Below the pieces are notes generated by a model, which made no database searches, had not been told where the DNA came from, and was given only the letters and a program-made list of their open reading frames with translations. From assembly GCF_009914755.1 (NCBI RefSeq), contig NC_060933.1: a stretch of DNA of 64,000 nucleotides; one strand, written 5' to 3'. Within the stretch, counting starts at the first letter, position 1. The number at the start of each line of letters is the position of its first letter. Source of the stretch: the human T2T-CHM13v2.0 reference genome, Homo sapiens. Of the stretch, positions 61,730 through 64,000 are shown piece by piece. The position numbers and the translations under genes are program-made.

Positions 61730-64000
61730 TTGTTAACAATTTTGAATAGATATGTGTATGCACATACTGGGTTTATATAGGAAGAGTGGTAAAATGAACC
61801 TTTGTATACCTGTTACCTAGATCCAACAATTGCCATCTTTGCTTCATTTACCTCTTTTTTTCTTTTTATTTATTCCTGGAAATTTTGAAAGCAAATGCCT
61901 AACATCCTATTATTTCCCTCCTTCAAACTTCAGATGTAGCTCTTTAAAAAGTTATTTTCTACCATAATCACAATAGCATTATCACACTTAACAAAATTAG
62001 CAATAATTCTTTAGGATCAAATTGGGGGAATTTCAAATTTCCCCAATTGTCTCAAAAACAAACAAAACCCACTAATAGCAGTGACAATTCCAGGGCCTGC
62101 ACATTGCATTTGGTTGGTTGTTACGTTTCTCAAATTCCTTTTTATTCTAGTGTAGTCCATCCTCCCTCTCCTCCCTCATGCGCTTAACTTATTGAAAGGT
62201 TAGTCGCACTGTGTAATATTCTAAATTGTAAATATTCTGCTTCTTCTTGGTGGTTTAACTTGTTCACTTGTCGCCTATTTTGTTTCAACTAGAAGTTAAC
62301 CCAAGAGGCTTGATTGGATTTTGGGTCAGTCTTTTTGGGAAGAGTGTGTCCTAGGTGGTGCTGGGTACTTTGTATCACATGTCACATTAGGAGACACCCA
62401 GTTGTTTTGCTCTGTGTCATGTGAAGATTTATTGATGGGTTCAGGTGGTGACTGTTTTATTCCTTCATTGTAAAGTTCCCCATCTACCTTTTACCTAATT
62501 ATTTCATCTGTCAATGATCTTTGCCTGAATTGAGTATTTTATTGGTCCTAGCAAAATGGTGACTTTTCTCTCTTTCTTTTTTTCCTTTTTCAGAGACAGA
62601 GTCTTGCTCTGTCACCTAGGCTCTAATGCAGTGGTGTGGTCATAGCTCACTGCAGCCTCAAACTTGTGGGCTCAAGCCATCCTCTGCCTCAGCCTCCTGA
62701 GAATCTAGGACTACAGACATGTGCCACCATGCTTGGCTAATTTTTAAAAAATATTTGAAGAGACGTATCACTGTGTTGCCCAGGCTGGTCTTGGACTCCT
62801 GGCCTCAAGCAGTTATCCTGCCTCAGCCTCCCCAGTAGCTGAGATTACAGGCATGAGCTGCCACGCCTGACTCTTATAGCTGAAATTCTTAAGAAGAATT
62901 TTTCCTCATCAGCTAGGGCTACTTGTACATACTTAATTCTTTCCTTTTAATTATCAATTTTCAGAGTAAGCAGGTGGTGCCCCACTTACCTTTAATGGTG
63001 ACTTGTGGGTGTGTAACTGCTTTGTTTTGTTTTTGGTGAGCAGTCTGTCTCCTCCATCATAATGAACTTGTGGATATTTATTATACGTCCTGTGTGTTTC
63101 AGTCAGTTATAGTCACCATTCTTTTTGATATACAAATTGTCCTGTCTTTGACCAGTTGGATCCCTTTTATGTTGGCTCCTGTATCCTTTTAATGTGATCC
63201 CACTCATTTTTGATCACTTCCCTGCTTTTTGGCCCAACAAGATCCCCAGGGTTATGTTGTATATTTTCTGCTGCAGACCTGGAATTAGGGATTCCTTCAG
63301 GGGGTTTCTTTTAGTGGGGAATAATATTTAGAAACCATAATCTGGGTGAAGACTGCTTAGTATTACTGGGTTGCCATTGCTTTTAGGCCTTTGCCATGGA
63401 CAGAGCTAGTAAACAGTTATTTTTTAAAAGGAAAATGTCATGAGTTCATAGTTAGGGTAGATGATATTATTTCTCCATAATTCTTCCTTCTCAACTTACT
63501 CCTTGTCATACCTTCACTGTGGGTGGTGTATATCTCCCCACCCTATTGACTTTGGGCTTGGCCCTGTGACTTGGTTTTGCCCATGGAATGTGGGCAGCAT
63601 GGCAGTGTGCAGATCTGAGCTGAGCTGCTGAGAGGCGTGGCAAGCTTTGGCCAGCTGTCTTGGAACTTTCCTTTTCCATGATGTATCGGTAACTGTTGCT
63701 TGTTTATCTTCAGTCCCCAAATGAGGACATTACAGTTGACCTGAACTGACCCGAAGTCTAGATTCCACACTGAGACAAGCCAAAGCCAACCTGGCAGAGC
63801 TGAGCTGAGCTGCATCATCTACAGACCTATGAGCATGAAATAAATGTTGCTGTTGTAAGCATCTGAGATTTGAGGATTGCTCGTTATACTACATTATCTT
63901 GTAAAAATTTGACTAATATAATACTGATCTTTCCAATTCAAATATAACATTATAGAGTTGTTACTTAATTCCCTTGATATTTATATATTTTATTTTACAG
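61730..64000 (-). mobile_element. L1MC-type antisense remnant interrupted by an AluJ (-, 62565-62871) and an MLT1 LTR (+, ~63452-63920)
   Basis: caaatttccccaattgtctcaaaa, ttggctcctgtatccttt, cagacctggaattag; LTR with gggcttggccctgtgacttg and an AATAAA..taagc 3' part. Confidence 0.7.

Noticed and set aside
63980-64000. Acceptor-like ttttattttacag at the window end
   Set aside because: Lies in an antisense L1 remnant and the downstream sequence is not visible

Overview
Primate (almost certainly human) genomic DNA from the RALGPS1 gene (Ral GEF with PH domain and SH3-binding motif 1), on the + strand. Three coding exons are present: 40700-40821 (65 nt 5'UTR, ATG at 40765), 44318-44425 and 56167-56217. 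They splice in phase 0 to give [72 protein letters not shown], which I recognise as the RALGPS1 N-terminus leading into the CDC25/RasGEF domain. The non-coding first exon/promoter lies upstream of the window and the next coding exon lies downstream. The rest is intron, dense in repeats: about 30 Alu/FLAM/FAM copies, a 3.3-kb 5'-inverted (twin-primed) L1PA3-like element with TSDs, old L1M, L2 and MIR pieces, MLT1 LTRs, and Tigger4a, Charlie4a, MER33 and MER5 DNA transposons. I see no prokaryotic-type system, CRISPR array or RNA gene, and nothing I can call a new biological system. The most interesting signals are regulatory hypotheses: an overlapping uORF whose stop overlaps Met8 (TGATG); a UG-repeat-containing candidate cryptic exon in intron 1; a strong cryptic acceptor 97 nt after exon 4; a 34-bp near-perfect inverted repeat; a 37-bp direct repeat bracketing exon 4; and inverted Alus around exons 2-4. 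Repeat subfamily calls were made by eye from remembered consensus features, and their boundaries are approximate.
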